DNA of 64,000 bases from Alphaproteobacteria bacterium (GCA_965214705.1 OZ243972.1:2880001-2944000); one strand, 5' to 3'. Counted from the first letter of the stretch, positions 1-10,571 are shown. Program-made: numbers and translations. Notes: a model not told the origin generated them from the sequence alone.

Positions 1-648
1 GGCGTCGAGACGGTGTCGACCCCGACCACGGAGTGGGGGCCGATCCTGGCCAAAATCCGCGAGGCCAACCCCGCGGCGATTCAGAACTCGCACTTCTATG
101 CGGGCGACATCGCGCAGTTCATGATCCAGTTCAACCAAAACCCTATCGACGCCTTGATCTACTTCCCCTGGGGTCCGCTGCTCTCGGCGTTCACCGAGAT
201 CGGGAAGGAGAACAGCGTCGGCGTGACGACCTCGACCGTGATCGGCCTGCTGCAGGACGAGAAAGGCACGGATTTCAGGCGGCGCTACAAGGAGAAGTTT
301 GGCCCGACCGCGAGCGCTGTCGGTGCGACGGTGTCGTATCCCAACATGCACCACTTCGCGATCGCCGCGGCGGTGGCGGGCGGCACTTCGGAGCCGGGCA
401 ACGTGGAGCAGGCGGAGAAGGTCGCGGCGCAGCTCAAGCGAATCGCCTATCGCGGCGTCAACGGCTCGGTCGCGTACCACCCGGTCTGGCAGTCCGCCAT
501 TCCGTATCCCGACTTGTCGAGCGACCCGTCGCTCGGCATGCCGCACTTGTTCTTCCAGATCAAGGACTGGGAGAAGCAGGAGCGGATCCTGATTTCGCCC
601 CCGCCGTACAACACGGGCGATTTCTTCCTCCCGCCGTGGTTCACGTAA
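1..648 (+). CDS. ABC transporter substrate-binding protein, Liv/branched-chain amino acid family (5' part outside window)
   Basis: Frame open from position 1 to TAA at 646-648; periplasmic-binding-protein-like C-terminus (YRGVNGSVAY); directly upstream of LivG/F/H/M-type genes. Confidence 0.8.
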   Translation, partial: GVETVSTPTTEWGPILAKIREANPAAIQNSHFYAGDIAQFMIQFNQNPIDALIYFPWGPLLSAFTEIGKENSVGVTTSTVIGLLQDEKGTDFRRRYKEKFGPTASAVGATVSYPNMHHFAIAAAVAGGTSEPGNVEQAEKVAAQLKRIAYRGVNGSVAYHPVWQSAIPYPDLSSDPSLGMPHLFFQIKDWEKQERILISPPPYNTGDFFLPPWFT

Positions 649-687
649 ACGAAGGGAGCGGTTGAGGGCGCGGCGTCGCGGCACAGC

Positions 688-1494
688 GTGAACAGTCCGC
701 AAGACGGGCCGCTGCTGGCTTGCGACGCCGTTTGCGCCCACTACGGTGCCATGGCCGCGGTGGACGAATTAAGTTTCACCGTCGGCCATGGCGAAATTCT
801 CGGCGTTGGCGGGCCGAACGGGGCCGGTAAGACGACTCTGTTCGACGTAATTTCGGGCCTGACCCCCGCCAGCGGCGGCACGATCACATTTGACGGTCAG
901 GATCTCACCGGAAAATCCGCGGACCGCGTGTGCCACGCAGGCATCTCGCGCACGTTTCAACTCAACGCGGCGTATGACACGCTCACCGTCAGGGAAAACG
1001 TATTGTGCGCCTCCTATTACGGCTTCCGCAACGTCGTCTTCCCCAAGTTCCGGTTCGATCGCGCGACCCGCACGCGCGCCGATGAGGCCATCGCCTTCGT
1101 CGGGCTGGAAGACGACACGGAGACGGTGGTGGGCGAACTGCCCATCCTGCAGCGCAAGCTGCTCATGCTTGCCGCCGCCGTCGCGCGCCAGCCCAGGCTG
1201 CTCTTGCTGGACGAGCCCGTCGGCGGTCTAAATCGGCAGGAAATCGACCTCGTGATGGGCATCTTGCGTCGGTTCCGTGACGAGCAAGCGCTGACCATCG
1301 TGCTCATCGAGCACGTCATGCGTTTTCTTGTGGCGCTCTCGGATCGCGCCTTGATCATGCATCACGGCCAGAAGATCTACGAAGGGCCGGCGGACGGATT
1401 AGCGCGCGACAAGACCGTCGTCGAGGTCTATTTGGGAGAGCGCCTGGCCCAGCGTCTTCGCCTCGGGATAGAGGAAGCGGAAGCCGGTGACTGA
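688..1494 (+). CDS. ABC ATP-binding protein, LivG-like
   Basis: Walker A GPNGAGKTT, ISRTFQ, Walker B LLLLDEP, IEH switch, terminal VVEVYLG. Confidence 0.92.
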   Translation: MNSPQDGPLLACDAVCAHYGAMAAVDELSFTVGHGEILGVGGPNGAGKTTLFDVISGLTPASGGTITFDGQDLTGKSADRVCHAGISRTFQLNAAYDTLTVRENVLCASYYGFRNVVFPKFRFDRATRTRADEAIAFVGLEDDTETVVGELPILQRKLLMLAAAVARQPRLLLLDEPVGGLNRQEIDLVMGILRRFRDEQALTIVLIEHVMRFLVALSDRALIMHHGQKIYEGPADGLARDKTVVEVYLGERLAQRLRLGIEEAEAGD

Positions 1495-2209
1495 GGCTTC
1501 GCTAAACGTCGACGCGATTACCGCCGGCTATCGCGGACGGCCGGTTCTCCGCGATGTCTCGCTCTCCGTGCCCGAGGGGAAGGTGGTAGGCATTGTCGGG
1601 CCAAACGGCCACGGCAAGACGACGCTGCTGCGCTGCATATCCGGCATGCTTCCGCTGTCTTCGGGACAAATCGTCTTCCGGGACAAGATTTTAAAAGGGT
1701 TAGCGATCGAGAAGATCGCCGAGCTTGGGGTGATTCATATTCCGCAGGGTGATCTCATCTTTCCGGACATGTCGGTGCGCGACAACCTGCTCATGGGCGC
1801 ATACATGCCCGCGGCCTACGCCAACGTCGAGCAGCATCTGAACGCGGTCCATGATCTGTTTCCCGTTCTCCTCGAGCGACGGGATCAGATCGCGAGCACG
1901 CTGTCCGGCGGCGAGCGGCGGATGCTCGGCATCGGCCGGGGCCTGATGTGCGGCGGCCGGCTGCTGATGATCGACGAGCCGTCGCTCGGACTCGCTCCCA
2001 TCGTCATCGAGCAGATCTATGCGGTGCTCAACGAGCTGAAGCGCGAGGGCAGAACCATTCTCCTGGTGGAAGAAAACGCGGCGCGCATGCTCGACCTGGT
2101 CGACGAGATCTACCTACTCGACCATGGCGAGTTGGTTTGGAACGGCACGCCGGCCGAGTTTGAAGAGCGTCAGGAGGTCCTCGAGACCTATCTGGGCGCG
2201 GACCTGTAG
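1487..2209 (+). CDS. ABC ATP-binding protein, LivF-like
   Basis: GPNGHGKTT, LSGGE signature, DEPSLGLAP, terminal TYLG; overlaps the upstream stop. Confidence 0.92.
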   Translation: MTEASLNVDAITAGYRGRPVLRDVSLSVPEGKVVGIVGPNGHGKTTLLRCISGMLPLSSGQIVFRDKILKGLAIEKIAELGVIHIPQGDLIFPDMSVRDNLLMGAYMPAAYANVEQHLNAVHDLFPVLLERRDQIASTLSGGERRMLGIGRGLMCGGRLLMIDEPSLGLAPIVIEQIYAVLNELKREGRTILLVEENAARMLDLVDEIYLLDHGELVWNGTPAEFEERQEVLETYLGADL

Positions 2210-2211
2210 CC

Positions 2212-3093
2212 GTGGAAGCCTTTCTGCAAATCCTGTTCAGCGGCCTGACGCTCGGCGCCATGTACGCGCTCAGCGCGGTCGGCCTGACCCTGCTCTGGGG
2301 CGTGGTCGGCATGCTCAACATGTCGCAGGGAGTCATGCTGGCGATTGGCGGCTACGCCTCCTACAGCGCGATCACCTATCTGGGCCTCCCGTGGCCGCTG
2401 GGTCTCCCTGCCGCGATTATCGGCGGGTTCATCACGGGGCTGGTCTTCTACCACGTGATGGTGCGCTGGATGTACCGTGCCCCGGCGTTCGAAGTGAACA
2501 TCATCATCGCCACCGTCGGCGCGGCCATCGTGCTCGAAAGCCTGATGATCCGCGTGTTCACCGGCTATCCCCTCGATCAGCCGTTTTCACTGCCGGGGGG
2601 CTTCCGCATCGGCGGGATACAGCTCCCCTTCCAGACGCTGATCAATCTCGGCGTCGCGGGCATCATGACGCTGGGGCTCGGCTGGCTGCTGCGCTCGACC
2701 CGGCTGGGTCGCGCGATCCGGGCAACCGCCCAACGCCGCGATGCCGCACAACTCCTGGGCGTTCCCGTCGCCCGGGTCTATCTCCAGGTGATGATCATGG
2801 CGGGCATCATTGCCGCCATCTCTGGAGTCATGCTGACCGCGTCGGTGGCCAACCTCTCCCCCTACGCGGGGACCAACCCGATGCTCAAGGCGTTCTTCAT
2901 TTGCGCCATCGCGGGCCTCGGCAACATCCCGGCGGCGGTGGGCGCCTCGCTAATTCTCGCCTTCATCGAAGGCAGCATCCAGTATTCTGTAAGCGCACGG
3001 TTCGGCTTCCCGACCATGCTGGGCTTGGCAATCGTTGTCCTCATCTGGCGTCCCTACGGCCTGTTCGGCCAACGGACCGTTGAGCGGTCATGA
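2212..3093 (+). CDS. ABC permease, LivH-like
   Basis: N-terminal SGLTLGAMYAL...LN, TRLGRAIRA motif, multiple hydrophobic segments, RPYGLFG end. Confidence 0.92.
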   Translation: MEAFLQILFSGLTLGAMYALSAVGLTLLWGVVGMLNMSQGVMLAIGGYASYSAITYLGLPWPLGLPAAIIGGFITGLVFYHVMVRWMYRAPAFEVNIIIATVGAAIVLESLMIRVFTGYPLDQPFSLPGGFRIGGIQLPFQTLINLGVAGIMTLGLGWLLRSTRLGRAIRATAQRRDAAQLLGVPVARVYLQVMIMAGIIAAISGVMLTASVANLSPYAGTNPMLKAFFICAIAGLGNIPAAVGASLILAFIEGSIQYSVSARFGFPTMLGLAIVVLIWRPYGLFGQRTVERS

Positions 3094-4151
3094 ACGGCGC
3101 CGGCTTCATCCGCATGACCCCGATCAGGCGCGACATCGCCATCGGCTTCTTTTTCCTCGCAATTGCGATCGCCATTCCCTTCATCGATTCCTCCCGCTCG
3201 ACGATGACGCAGGTAATCCTGCTGTTCATCTGGGCGAGCATCGTCACCCAGTGGAATCTCGTCTTCGGCGTGGCGGGAATCTTTTCCCTGGCGCAAATGG
3301 CCGTGTTCACCATGGGCGGCTACACCGCCGCCATGCTGAGCCTCTATATGGGCTGGTCGCTATGGTTGACGAGCTTCCTCGGCGCCTTCATGGCCGTGCT
3401 CGTGAGCGGCATCATCGGCGCGGCGACCATCCGTCTCAGGGGCGCCTACGTCGCGCTTCTCACCATCGGCTTCGCCGTCGTGATGCAGGTGCTGATCCTG
3501 ACGGACTCCGATTGCTTCTTCTATCGCGGCGTCACTTGCTACAATTTCACCGGCGGATCGAGCGGCCTCTCTCAATTCGGAGATTTCGGGTTCCGCGACT
3601 GGCTCGGCTACAAGCAGAGCCTTGTCGGCAAGTATTATCTCGCACTCTTTCTCCTGGTGCTTGGAACGATCTTCGCGCTGGTGATCATGCGTGGCCCCTT
3701 CGGCTACGCGTTCCGAGCGCTTCGCGATAATGCCAACTGCGCCAGCTCGCAGGGCATCAATCGGGTCAAGTATCAGATCCTCGTGTTTGCTCTGTCGGGG
3801 TTCTTCACCGGGCTTTCCGGCGCATTCTATGCCGGGCATTACAAGACCATCGGCCCGACGATGCTCGATCTATCAGTCCTGCTGCTACTGCTCTCGATGA
3901 TGGTCGTCGGTGGGCTGGGCCGCGCCTGGGGCCCGCTCTTGGGCTGTATCATTCTGATGTTCATCGACGATCAACTGAAAGTCTATGCGGAGTGGCGCAC
4001 GGTCGGCACTGGGGCGATCACCATCCTCTTCATCATTGTGTTCCGCCAGGGCGTCGCGGGTCTCATTGAGCAGCTATGGGAGCGCCTGTTGGCTTTGCGC
4101 GGCGCGCGGACCGCCGGCGCCTCGGCGACCAACGATAAGGCGACCGGATAG
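3090..4151 (+). CDS. ABC permease, LivM-like
   Basis: WNLVFGVAG, RLRGAYVALLT, TGGSSG, VVGGLG motifs; ATGA overlap with the previous gene. Confidence 0.92.
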   Translation: MNGAGFIRMTPIRRDIAIGFFFLAIAIAIPFIDSSRSTMTQVILLFIWASIVTQWNLVFGVAGIFSLAQMAVFTMGGYTAAMLSLYMGWSLWLTSFLGAFMAVLVSGIIGAATIRLRGAYVALLTIGFAVVMQVLILTDSDCFFYRGVTCYNFTGGSSGLSQFGDFGFRDWLGYKQSLVGKYYLALFLLVLGTIFALVIMRGPFGYAFRALRDNANCASSQGINRVKYQILVFALSGFFTGLSGAFYAGHYKTIGPTMLDLSVLLLLLSMMVVGGLGRAWGPLLGCIILMFIDDQLKVYAEWRTVGTGAITILFIIVFRQGVAGLIEQLWERLLALRGARTAGASATNDKATG

Positions 4152-4172
4152 GCTCCACGCCGCGTGCGGGGG

Positions 4173-5216
4173 TCAGCCATGACTGCCGGCGGCGGCTCCA
4201 CCCTCTGCCGCGAGATCGGCGGCGTCGCGCTTGAAGCACGCGACGAGCCCGCCCGCCGAGCCCACCTGTAGAGGCGGCCGACTTCGCTCGCAATCGTGGT
4301 CGCCTTCCGGGCAGCGACTCAAGAACGGACAGCCCGGCGGCACGTCGATCGGGCTCGGAATTTCGCCCTTGATGGTGTGCAGCGCGCTATCTTCGGCACC
4401 AACCCGAAGGCGCGGCGTCGACTTGAGCAGTGCCTGGCTGTAGGGGTGCCCCTCCGATCCGAAGAAGGCCTCCGTCTCCTGCAGCTCCATGAGCTGACCC
4501 AGATAGAGCACGGCGACACGGGTGGCGATCTGCCGCACCACGCTCAGGTCGTGCGTGATGAAGATAACGCTGAGATCGAGCTCCCGTCTCAGTTGATCGA
4601 TCAGGTTGAGGATCTGACCCTGCATCGAGACATCGAGCTTGGCGATCGGCTCGTCGGCAATCAGAACTTTGGGCTCCAGCGCCAGCGCGCGGGCGATGAC
4701 CACCCGCTGCCGCTGGCTCGCATTGAGTTCGTGGGAGTAGTGCTCGGCTGTCTCGGGCGGCAGGCCGACTCGTGCCAGGAGCGCTTCGACCCGCGCCGTC
4801 GCCTCTGCCCTGTCGCAGATCCTATGCACGAGGAACGGCTCGGCGAGCACGCCGCCGACCCGCAGGCGCCGATTGAGCGCCGACGTCGGGTCCTGAAAGA
4901 TCACTTGGACCAGCTTCGCACGCTCCCGAGCACTCGGGCCGGTGAGCGCGCCGGCACGCGCGAGCATGACGTCATCGAGCCAGATCTCTCCCGCGACGGG
5001 TACGAGCGAGCCCGCGATGCAATTGGCGAGAGTGGTCTTGCCCGAGCCGCTTTCCCCGACGAGCGCGAGGCACTCGCCCCGGTGGAGATCGAGGCTGACA
5101 CCGTCGACGGCGTGCACCCACTGCTTGACGCCCAACACCCTGTCCCGCAGACCGCGCTTCACCGGGAACAGCATGCGCAGCTCCTTGATGCTCACGTGAA
5201 TGTCGGGGCCGCTCAT
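4173..5216 (-). CDS. Oligopeptide/dipeptide ABC ATP-binding protein (DppF/OppF-like)
   Basis: HAVDGVS, GESGSGKTT, ADEP, HPYSQALL, C-terminal GCPF...C; start placed at ATG 5216 overlapping the upstream TGA. Confidence 0.9.
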   Translation of the reverse strand: MSGPDIHVSIKELRMLFPVKRGLRDRVLGVKQWVHAVDGVSLDLHRGECLALVGESGSGKTTLANCIAGSLVPVAGEIWLDDVMLARAGALTGPSARERAKLVQVIFQDPTSALNRRLRVGGVLAEPFLVHRICDRAEATARVEALLARVGLPPETAEHYSHELNASQRQRVVIARALALEPKVLIADEPIAKLDVSMQGQILNLIDQLRRELDLSVIFITHDLSVVRQIATRVAVLYLGQLMELQETEAFFGSEGHPYSQALLKSTPRLRVGAEDSALHTIKGEIPSPIDVPPGCPFLSRCPEGDHDCERSRPPLQVGSAGGLVACFKRDAADLAAEGGAAAGSHG

Positions 5217-6223
5217 GGGGTCGATGCCGCCGCTGACGATCCGCTCACGGTCGCGTCCAGCGGGCTCCAACAACGATAGCTATGCCCGGCCAAAGGACTC
5301 TCCTCGTGCGGCGTTTCGCGCGCGCAGACGTCGAGGGCACGAGGACAACGAGGATGAAACTGGCAGCCGCTAATCGGCTCGTCCCTCGGATTGGGCGGAT
5401 TGCCCGGCAGCGTCGCGAAGGGGAAACGGTACTCCTCGACGGAGGGCGAGCACGCCAGGAGAGCAGCGGTATACGGATGGCGCGGCGCGTTGAAGACCGA
5501 TGGCGCGTCGCCCTGCTCCACGATGCCGCCGGCGTACAGGATGAGGAGCCGTTCGCAGATCGTCGAGACGACGCGGAAGTCGTGCGAAATATAGATGAGT
5601 GCGAGCTTACGCTCGTCGACGAGGTGGCGGAGCAGCTCCAGGATCTGGGCCTGGATCGTCACGTCGACTGCAGACGTGGGGTCGTCCGCGATGAGCAGGC
5701 TCGGCTCGCTGGCCAAGGCCATGGCGATGGCGACTCGTTGCTTCATACCGCCCGATAGTTCACTCGGGAATGCTCGGAGCCGCCGTTCCGGTTCGGGAAT
5801 ACCCACCTGCCCCAGAAGCTGCACGCTTTGTCGCGCGGCTTCGGCTCTGCTGACCGAGAGGTGTGTGCGAATCACCTCGCCGAGCTGGACGCCCACCGGA
5901 TAGACCGGCGTCAACGACGCTGCAGCATCCTGAAAGATGAGCGACATGCCGCCGCCGCGCACCCGCCTCAGCTCGGGCCGCCGTAAGTGAAGGACATCCT
6001 GGCCCGCGAACACGACTCGCCCCGCCGTGATGCGCCCCGGTGCGCGGATGATGTTCAACAGAGAGAGTGCCAGGACGGACTTGCCGCTGCCGCTCTCGCC
6101 GACCACGCCGAGCCGCTCTCCGGCCTGACACGTCAGGCTCACATCGTTCAGCGCCGCGAACTCACGGCCACCGACCCGGTAGACCGTGGTGAGACCCTCG
6201 ACGCTGAGCAGTGGATCGTTCAC
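5213..6223 (-). CDS. Oligopeptide/dipeptide ABC ATP-binding protein (DppD/OppD-like)
   Basis: GESGSGKS, LSGGMKQR, HPYTAALL, GCQFHPRC; GTG start at 6223 overlaps the dppC-like stop. Confidence 0.9.
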   Translation of the reverse strand: MNDPLLSVEGLTTVYRVGGREFAALNDVSLTCQAGERLGVVGESGSGKSVLALSLLNIIRAPGRITAGRVVFAGQDVLHLRRPELRRVRGGGMSLIFQDAAASLTPVYPVGVQLGEVIRTHLSVSRAEAARQSVQLLGQVGIPEPERRLRAFPSELSGGMKQRVAIAMALASEPSLLIADDPTSAVDVTIQAQILELLRHLVDERKLALIYISHDFRVVSTICERLLILYAGGIVEQGDAPSVFNAPRHPYTAALLACSPSVEEYRFPFATLPGNPPNPRDEPISGCQFHPRCPRALDVCARETPHEESPLAGHSYRCWSPLDATVSGSSAAASTP

Positions 6224-7074
6224 CGGCGCTCTGTGGGATCGAGGTGGTAGCGCAGACGCGCGCCGAACACGTTCCACGCAAGCACGAGGATGATGATCGC
6301 AAGCGCGGGGAAGATCGCGAGCCAGGGCGCCAGCAGCATGCTCTTCTGCGCCTCAGCCAGCATGTTGCCCCAGTCCGGCGTGGGTGGCTGCACGCCAAGT
6401 CCGAGGAAGCTGAGCGCGGCAAGGTCCACGACCGCGTAGGCCAGTACGATGCTCGCCTGCACGATGATCTGAGACAGGCAGTTGGGCAGCACATGGCGCA
6501 AGGCGATGCGTAGCGGCGAGTAGCCGAGAAGCCGGCCCGCCTCGACATACTGCTCCTTCGTTTGGATACGCGCCTGCGAACGCACAACCCGCGCCGCCGT
6601 CGGCATGTAGACGAGGGCGAGCCCGACCACCACCGGGATCAGCCCTGGACCGAAAATGGCGACGAAGAGCACACCCATGATGAGAGCGGGGAAGCTCAAC
6701 AGGATGTCGCCGATGCGCATCATGATGTTGTCGACCCGGCCGCCGATGTAGCCCGCGATGAGGCCGTACACCGTGCCCAGGCCGACATCGATGACGACGA
6801 CGGCAAACGCGCCCAGCAACGCCATGCGGGTGCCGACGATGAGCCGGCTGAACAGGTCCCGTCCGCTGCGGTCGGTACCGAACCAGAAATCGCCGGAGGG
6901 CGGCAGATAGTTCGAACCGGGATTGATCTGGTTCGGGTCCTGAGGCGCGATCCAGGGGCCGAACACCGCAATGATGACGAAAAGCACCACGAGCGTCGCC
7001 GATATGGCGAGGGCGGGATCGCGCCGGAGAGCCGAGAGGACAGCCGCGGTTCGCATCCCTGCCCTACCTGTCAA
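6220..7074 (-). CDS. Peptide ABC permease (DppC/OppC-like)
   Basis: FGTDRSGRDLFSR, YVEAGR (EAA loop), HVLPN, LSFLGLGVQPPTPDWG. Confidence 0.93.
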   Translation of the reverse strand: MTGRAGMRTAAVLSALRRDPALAISATLVVLFVIIAVFGPWIAPQDPNQINPGSNYLPPSGDFWFGTDRSGRDLFSRLIVGTRMALLGAFAVVVIDVGLGTVYGLIAGYIGGRVDNIMMRIGDILLSFPALIMGVLFVAIFGPGLIPVVVGLALVYMPTAARVVRSQARIQTKEQYVEAGRLLGYSPLRIALRHVLPNCLSQIIVQASIVLAYAVVDLAALSFLGLGVQPPTPDWGNMLAEAQKSMLLAPWLAIFPALAIIILVLAWNVFGARLRYHLDPTERR

Positions 7075-7997
7075 TCGGCATAGCGAGGATCGAGCCGCGA
7101 GGCCACGATATCCACCAGCAAGGTCGTCGCTGTGAATGCCACGGCAATGCAGACCAGGATCGCCTGAACGACCGGGTAGTCCCGCTGATTGACGGCGTCG
7201 ACCAGAAGCTGGCCGATGCCGCCCATGCCGAACACGAAGTCCACCAGGACCGTGCCGACGATCATGTAGCCGAACTGTACGCCCAGGATGTTCACCACCG
7301 GGACCATCGCCGTGCGGAAGCCGTGACGGATGACGGCGATGGGTCTGAGGCCGCGCGCTTCGGCGGCGAGGATGTACTCCCGATTAAGCACGTCGATCAT
7401 GCCTGCGCGCAGTGTGTTGGTCTGCGCGGCCGTCATGGCGAGCCCGAGGACACACCAGGGCATGAGGAGGTGAGAGATTCGATCCCAGCCGAAGCCCTCG
7501 CCGCGGCCGAAGGGCGGCAACCAGCCGAGCCAGAAGGAGAACACAATGATCGCGAGGATACCGGCCGTGAACACGGGCACCGAGAGCGTAACGAGCGTGG
7601 CGCCAATGATGAGTTGATCGGAAAGCCGCCCCTGCCTGAGCGCGGCAATGACGCCGAGCGGTATTGAAATGAGCATCGACAGGATCAGGCCGCCGATGAG
7701 AATTGTCAGCGTAATCGGCAGCGTTTCGCCGAGAAGTTCGGTTACCGGCTCCCGGGTCTTCAGAGAGATACCGAAATCGCCCTGCACCGCGTTCTTGGCC
7801 CAGTTCCAGAACTGAACTGTCAGCGGCTTATCCAGGTCGAACTCCCGGCGAAGCTGCTCCTTGACCTCGGCGGGCACCGGGCTTCCGGCAGTCAGCACCG
7901 TCACCGGATCGCCGGGCACGACCCTGAGAGCGAGGAAAATCAGGATCGAAACGGCGATGACGATCGGAATGAACGCGATGAGCCGCTGGGCGATCAC
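7071..7997 (-). CDS. Peptide ABC permease (DppB/OppB-like)
   Basis: VPGDP, LDKPL, GDFGIS, AEARGL, RDYPVVQ, terminal DPR. Confidence 0.93.
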   Translation of the reverse strand: MIAQRLIAFIPIVIAVSILIFLALRVVPGDPVTVLTAGSPVPAEVKEQLRREFDLDKPLTVQFWNWAKNAVQGDFGISLKTREPVTELLGETLPITLTILIGGLILSMLISIPLGVIAALRQGRLSDQLIIGATLVTLSVPVFTAGILAIIVFSFWLGWLPPFGRGEGFGWDRISHLLMPWCVLGLAMTAAQTNTLRAGMIDVLNREYILAAEARGLRPIAVIRHGFRTAMVPVVNILGVQFGYMIVGTVLVDFVFGMGGIGQLLVDAVNQRDYPVVQAILVCIAVAFTATTLLVDIVASRLDPRYAD

Positions 7998-8162
7998 GGC
8001 CGGTACCCGCCCGAGCGAGGGTCAGGTCGAAGGGGGGCGCCCAATCTCGGACGCCCGCCCGTCGACCGGAACCAATCGATAACCTGCCGCTCCACCGTAT
8101 GCCGGTCGCCACCGGCTCCAGCGGACACCATTACATCAAATGACTTTCCTGCTTCGGGTCAC

Positions 8163-9755
8163 TCACTCACTGAAGGCGATGTCGGCGTAGCGGTCGTACA
8201 CATAGACCGGCAGGGTCTGTGCACCCGTAAGCCTGGACGACTGGAAGCGCACCGTCTGCGGGAACGCCAGGCAAAGCGACGGTTGTCGCTCCGTGAGGAT
8301 CCGCTGGCATTCCTTGAAGGCAACTGCCCGTTCGGCATCGTCCGTGGTGTAAAGCGATGTCTCGAAATGCTTGTCGTACTCCTCGTCGGCGTGCTCGGTG
8401 AAGTTGGGTCCGAACTCGCCGCCATTGGGGCCGTACCACTGCAGCAGGAAGCTCGAAATATCCGTGTAGTCGGATATCCAGTACATCAGGATGCTGTCGA
8501 AGTCGTGCGAGTAGGCCAGTGCGATGGTATCCGGCGCCGGCAGCCGCTGGATGGTGAAGTCGATACCGAGCGGCTTGACCTGCTGTTGGATCGCGAGCGC
8601 CAGTGCCTCGTAGCGGACACCGGGGTTCACCGCCATGTTCGCGGAAAAGCCGTCCGGCAACGAGCTCTCGGCCATCAGTGCTTTGGCCTTCTCGATGTCG
8701 GGCGCGTAGGTGCCCGCGTTCTCGTCATGCGAACTGAACGGAACGTTGGGCGGAATGAAGGATCCGTAGGCCGGCTCGATGTACTTCTTGCTAAAGGCGG
8801 CGAGCGCTGCGCCCGGATCGATCGCATAGCGGATCGCTTGCCGCACCTTGACATCGTTAAATGGCGGCTTCTGGTTGGCCATGTGGAGCAGTGTGTGCTC
8901 CCAGCCCGGCGCGGTCTGGATGTCCACTTCGTCTGACCGCTCGAGGATTATGGCCTGGTCGCGCGGCACGTCGTAGGACAGATGAATGTCGCCGCTCTGT
9001 AGCCCGGCGACGATGGTGGTCGCGTCCTTGATGTTGCGGAACTCGATCCGCTCGATCGGCGGCTTGCCTTCGTAATAGTCCTCGAAGGCCTCGAGCACGA
9101 CGCGGCTGGGGTCGCGATCGACGAACTTGTACGGGCCGGCGCCGACAGGACTGGTTCCGATACCGTCTCCCAGTTCCTGGACATGCTCCTTGTTGCAGAT
9201 GTTGCCGCCTTCGAAGTAGCCGATGAACTGGAACTGGTGGTCGGGCTGTTTCATCCGCACCTCGATCGTCAGATCGTCGAGGGCGACGGCTTCGTCCACA
9301 TTGACGAACATGTAGAGCTCCCACGCTCCCTCATTCGGGTCCGCGATGCGATTGAAGGTGAAGGCGACATCCTCCGCCGTCACGGGCGCGCCGTTATGGA
9401 ACTTCGCCCCCTCGCGAAGCGTGTAGCGATAGGTCAGAGGGTCCGGATTCTCCCAGGACACCGCCAGGCTCGGACGCAACTCGCCGGTTACCGGATCCTC
9501 ACGCATGAGCGTGTCGTAGATTTGGGTTTGCACATAGATCGCGGCGAAGCCGCCCCAGACCTTGGGGTCGAGGGTTCCGACCTCTTCCACGTGAGCGACC
9601 ACGAGGGTGTTGCCCTCGGTCCTCGCTTCCACAATCCGCGGCAAGATCAGCGAAGAAGCGCCAACCGCGGCGCCGGCACCGAGGCTCCGCTGGAGGAACT
9701 GCCGTCGCGTTTGAATACGCTGCATAATTGATTGCACGCCAAGGTCGTCGTTCAT
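8163..9755 (-). CDS. Peptide ABC substrate-binding protein, family 5, Tat-exported
   Basis: TRRQFL twin-arginine signal; LDP, KFHNGAPVTAEDVAFT, GAGPYKF, PFNDVKVRQAI motifs. Confidence 0.92.
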   Translation of the reverse strand: MNDDLGVQSIMQRIQTRRQFLQRSLGAGAAVGASSLILPRIVEARTEGNTLVVAHVEEVGTLDPKVWGGFAAIYVQTQIYDTLMREDPVTGELRPSLAVSWENPDPLTYRYTLREGAKFHNGAPVTAEDVAFTFNRIADPNEGAWELYMFVNVDEAVALDDLTIEVRMKQPDHQFQFIGYFEGGNICNKEHVQELGDGIGTSPVGAGPYKFVDRDPSRVVLEAFEDYYEGKPPIERIEFRNIKDATTIVAGLQSGDIHLSYDVPRDQAIILERSDEVDIQTAPGWEHTLLHMANQKPPFNDVKVRQAIRYAIDPGAALAAFSKKYIEPAYGSFIPPNVPFSSHDENAGTYAPDIEKAKALMAESSLPDGFSANMAVNPGVRYEALALAIQQQVKPLGIDFTIQRLPAPDTIALAYSHDFDSILMYWISDYTDISSFLLQWYGPNGGEFGPNFTEHADEEYDKHFETSLYTTDDAERAVAFKECQRILTERQPSLCLAFPQTVRFQSSRLTGAQTLPVYVYDRYADIAFSE

Positions 9756-10041
9756 GCTTGCCTCCCATTGCGCCGCGCCGTTCCGTCTCTCGTGCGGAAC
9801 GTGTCACGGTGATGCCCGCGCCACATTGCGCGTGGCGTTCAATCCCATCGGCGGGACGCTCGCGGTCGGCCAATCGCCCTACTGCATGCGGCGACCGTGT
9901 GACCCGCCGCTCCCTCGACCGTGGTCGTGAGCCGATACTTAGTCATGCTCCCGACGATGACCGATGCTAAATCAATTCCAAGAAAGCACGCTTCACTATT
10001 CGCGACGACGGTACCAGAAAGCCCAAATGCCGTACAGACTT

Positions 10042-10069
10042 TGGAATGGGCCCTCTGGGGCCCACTCCA
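10042..10069. repeat. 28-bp palindrome resembling fused IS3-family left and right inverted repeats
   Basis: TGGAATGGGCCC-TCTG-GGGCCCACTCCA; has TG...CA termini; right arm resembles the IS3 end at 19892 (TGCAGTGGGCTCC). Confidence 0.4.
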
Positions 10070-10109
10070 GCTGGTGGTCGTTACGATCCGCCTCAGGGGT
10101 GTGGACTGA

Positions 10110-10366
10110 TGCAGGCAGCTCATGGTCGCGCTCGACATGCAACTGGAGACCAACGAGAGCTACACCAAGTGGCAGCCGCGCGCGCGGCGGCTCGTCGACG
10201 CCGGCCATGCCATCCTCGACGACAGCAAGCGCTACGGGATCTACCTTGAGGAATCCCCGAAACTACGCAGCGTATCCAGAACAGCCTCAACCGCCTCAAT
10301 ACGGCTCTCGGCCGAGATGAAGAGGCCGCCAAACGCCGCTCACAACGTCACGGCTTCAAGCTCTAG
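10110..10366 (+). pseudogene. C-terminal remnant of a mobilisation/relaxase-like protein (frameshifted)
   Basis: Coding-like frame to ~10268, then a shifted frame ending ...EEAAKRRSQRHGFKL*, a basic tail like those of relaxases; lies next to an integrase fragment. Confidence 0.3.
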
Positions 10367-10571
10367 CACAACGTGAACACCAGATTGGTACGAGGCAGGA
10401 ACGCATTTCGAAAAGCCCTTTGTGTTCAATGGCCGCGTTCTGGCGGCTGAAAAGTGTGGTGCTGAAATTGTTGTCAAGCGCGCAATGCTGTTGTCCGGCG
10501 CATGGGTTCGGTGCCGATCGGCGCGGTAACCCGTTGATCTTGGTGGATTGTGAGGGGTCAACAAGGCGCGC

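Noticed and set aside
8024-8070. GC-rich hairpin between the peptide SBP gene and the permease gene
   Set aside because: Imperfect, and typical of mRNA-stabilising stems after binding-protein genes.
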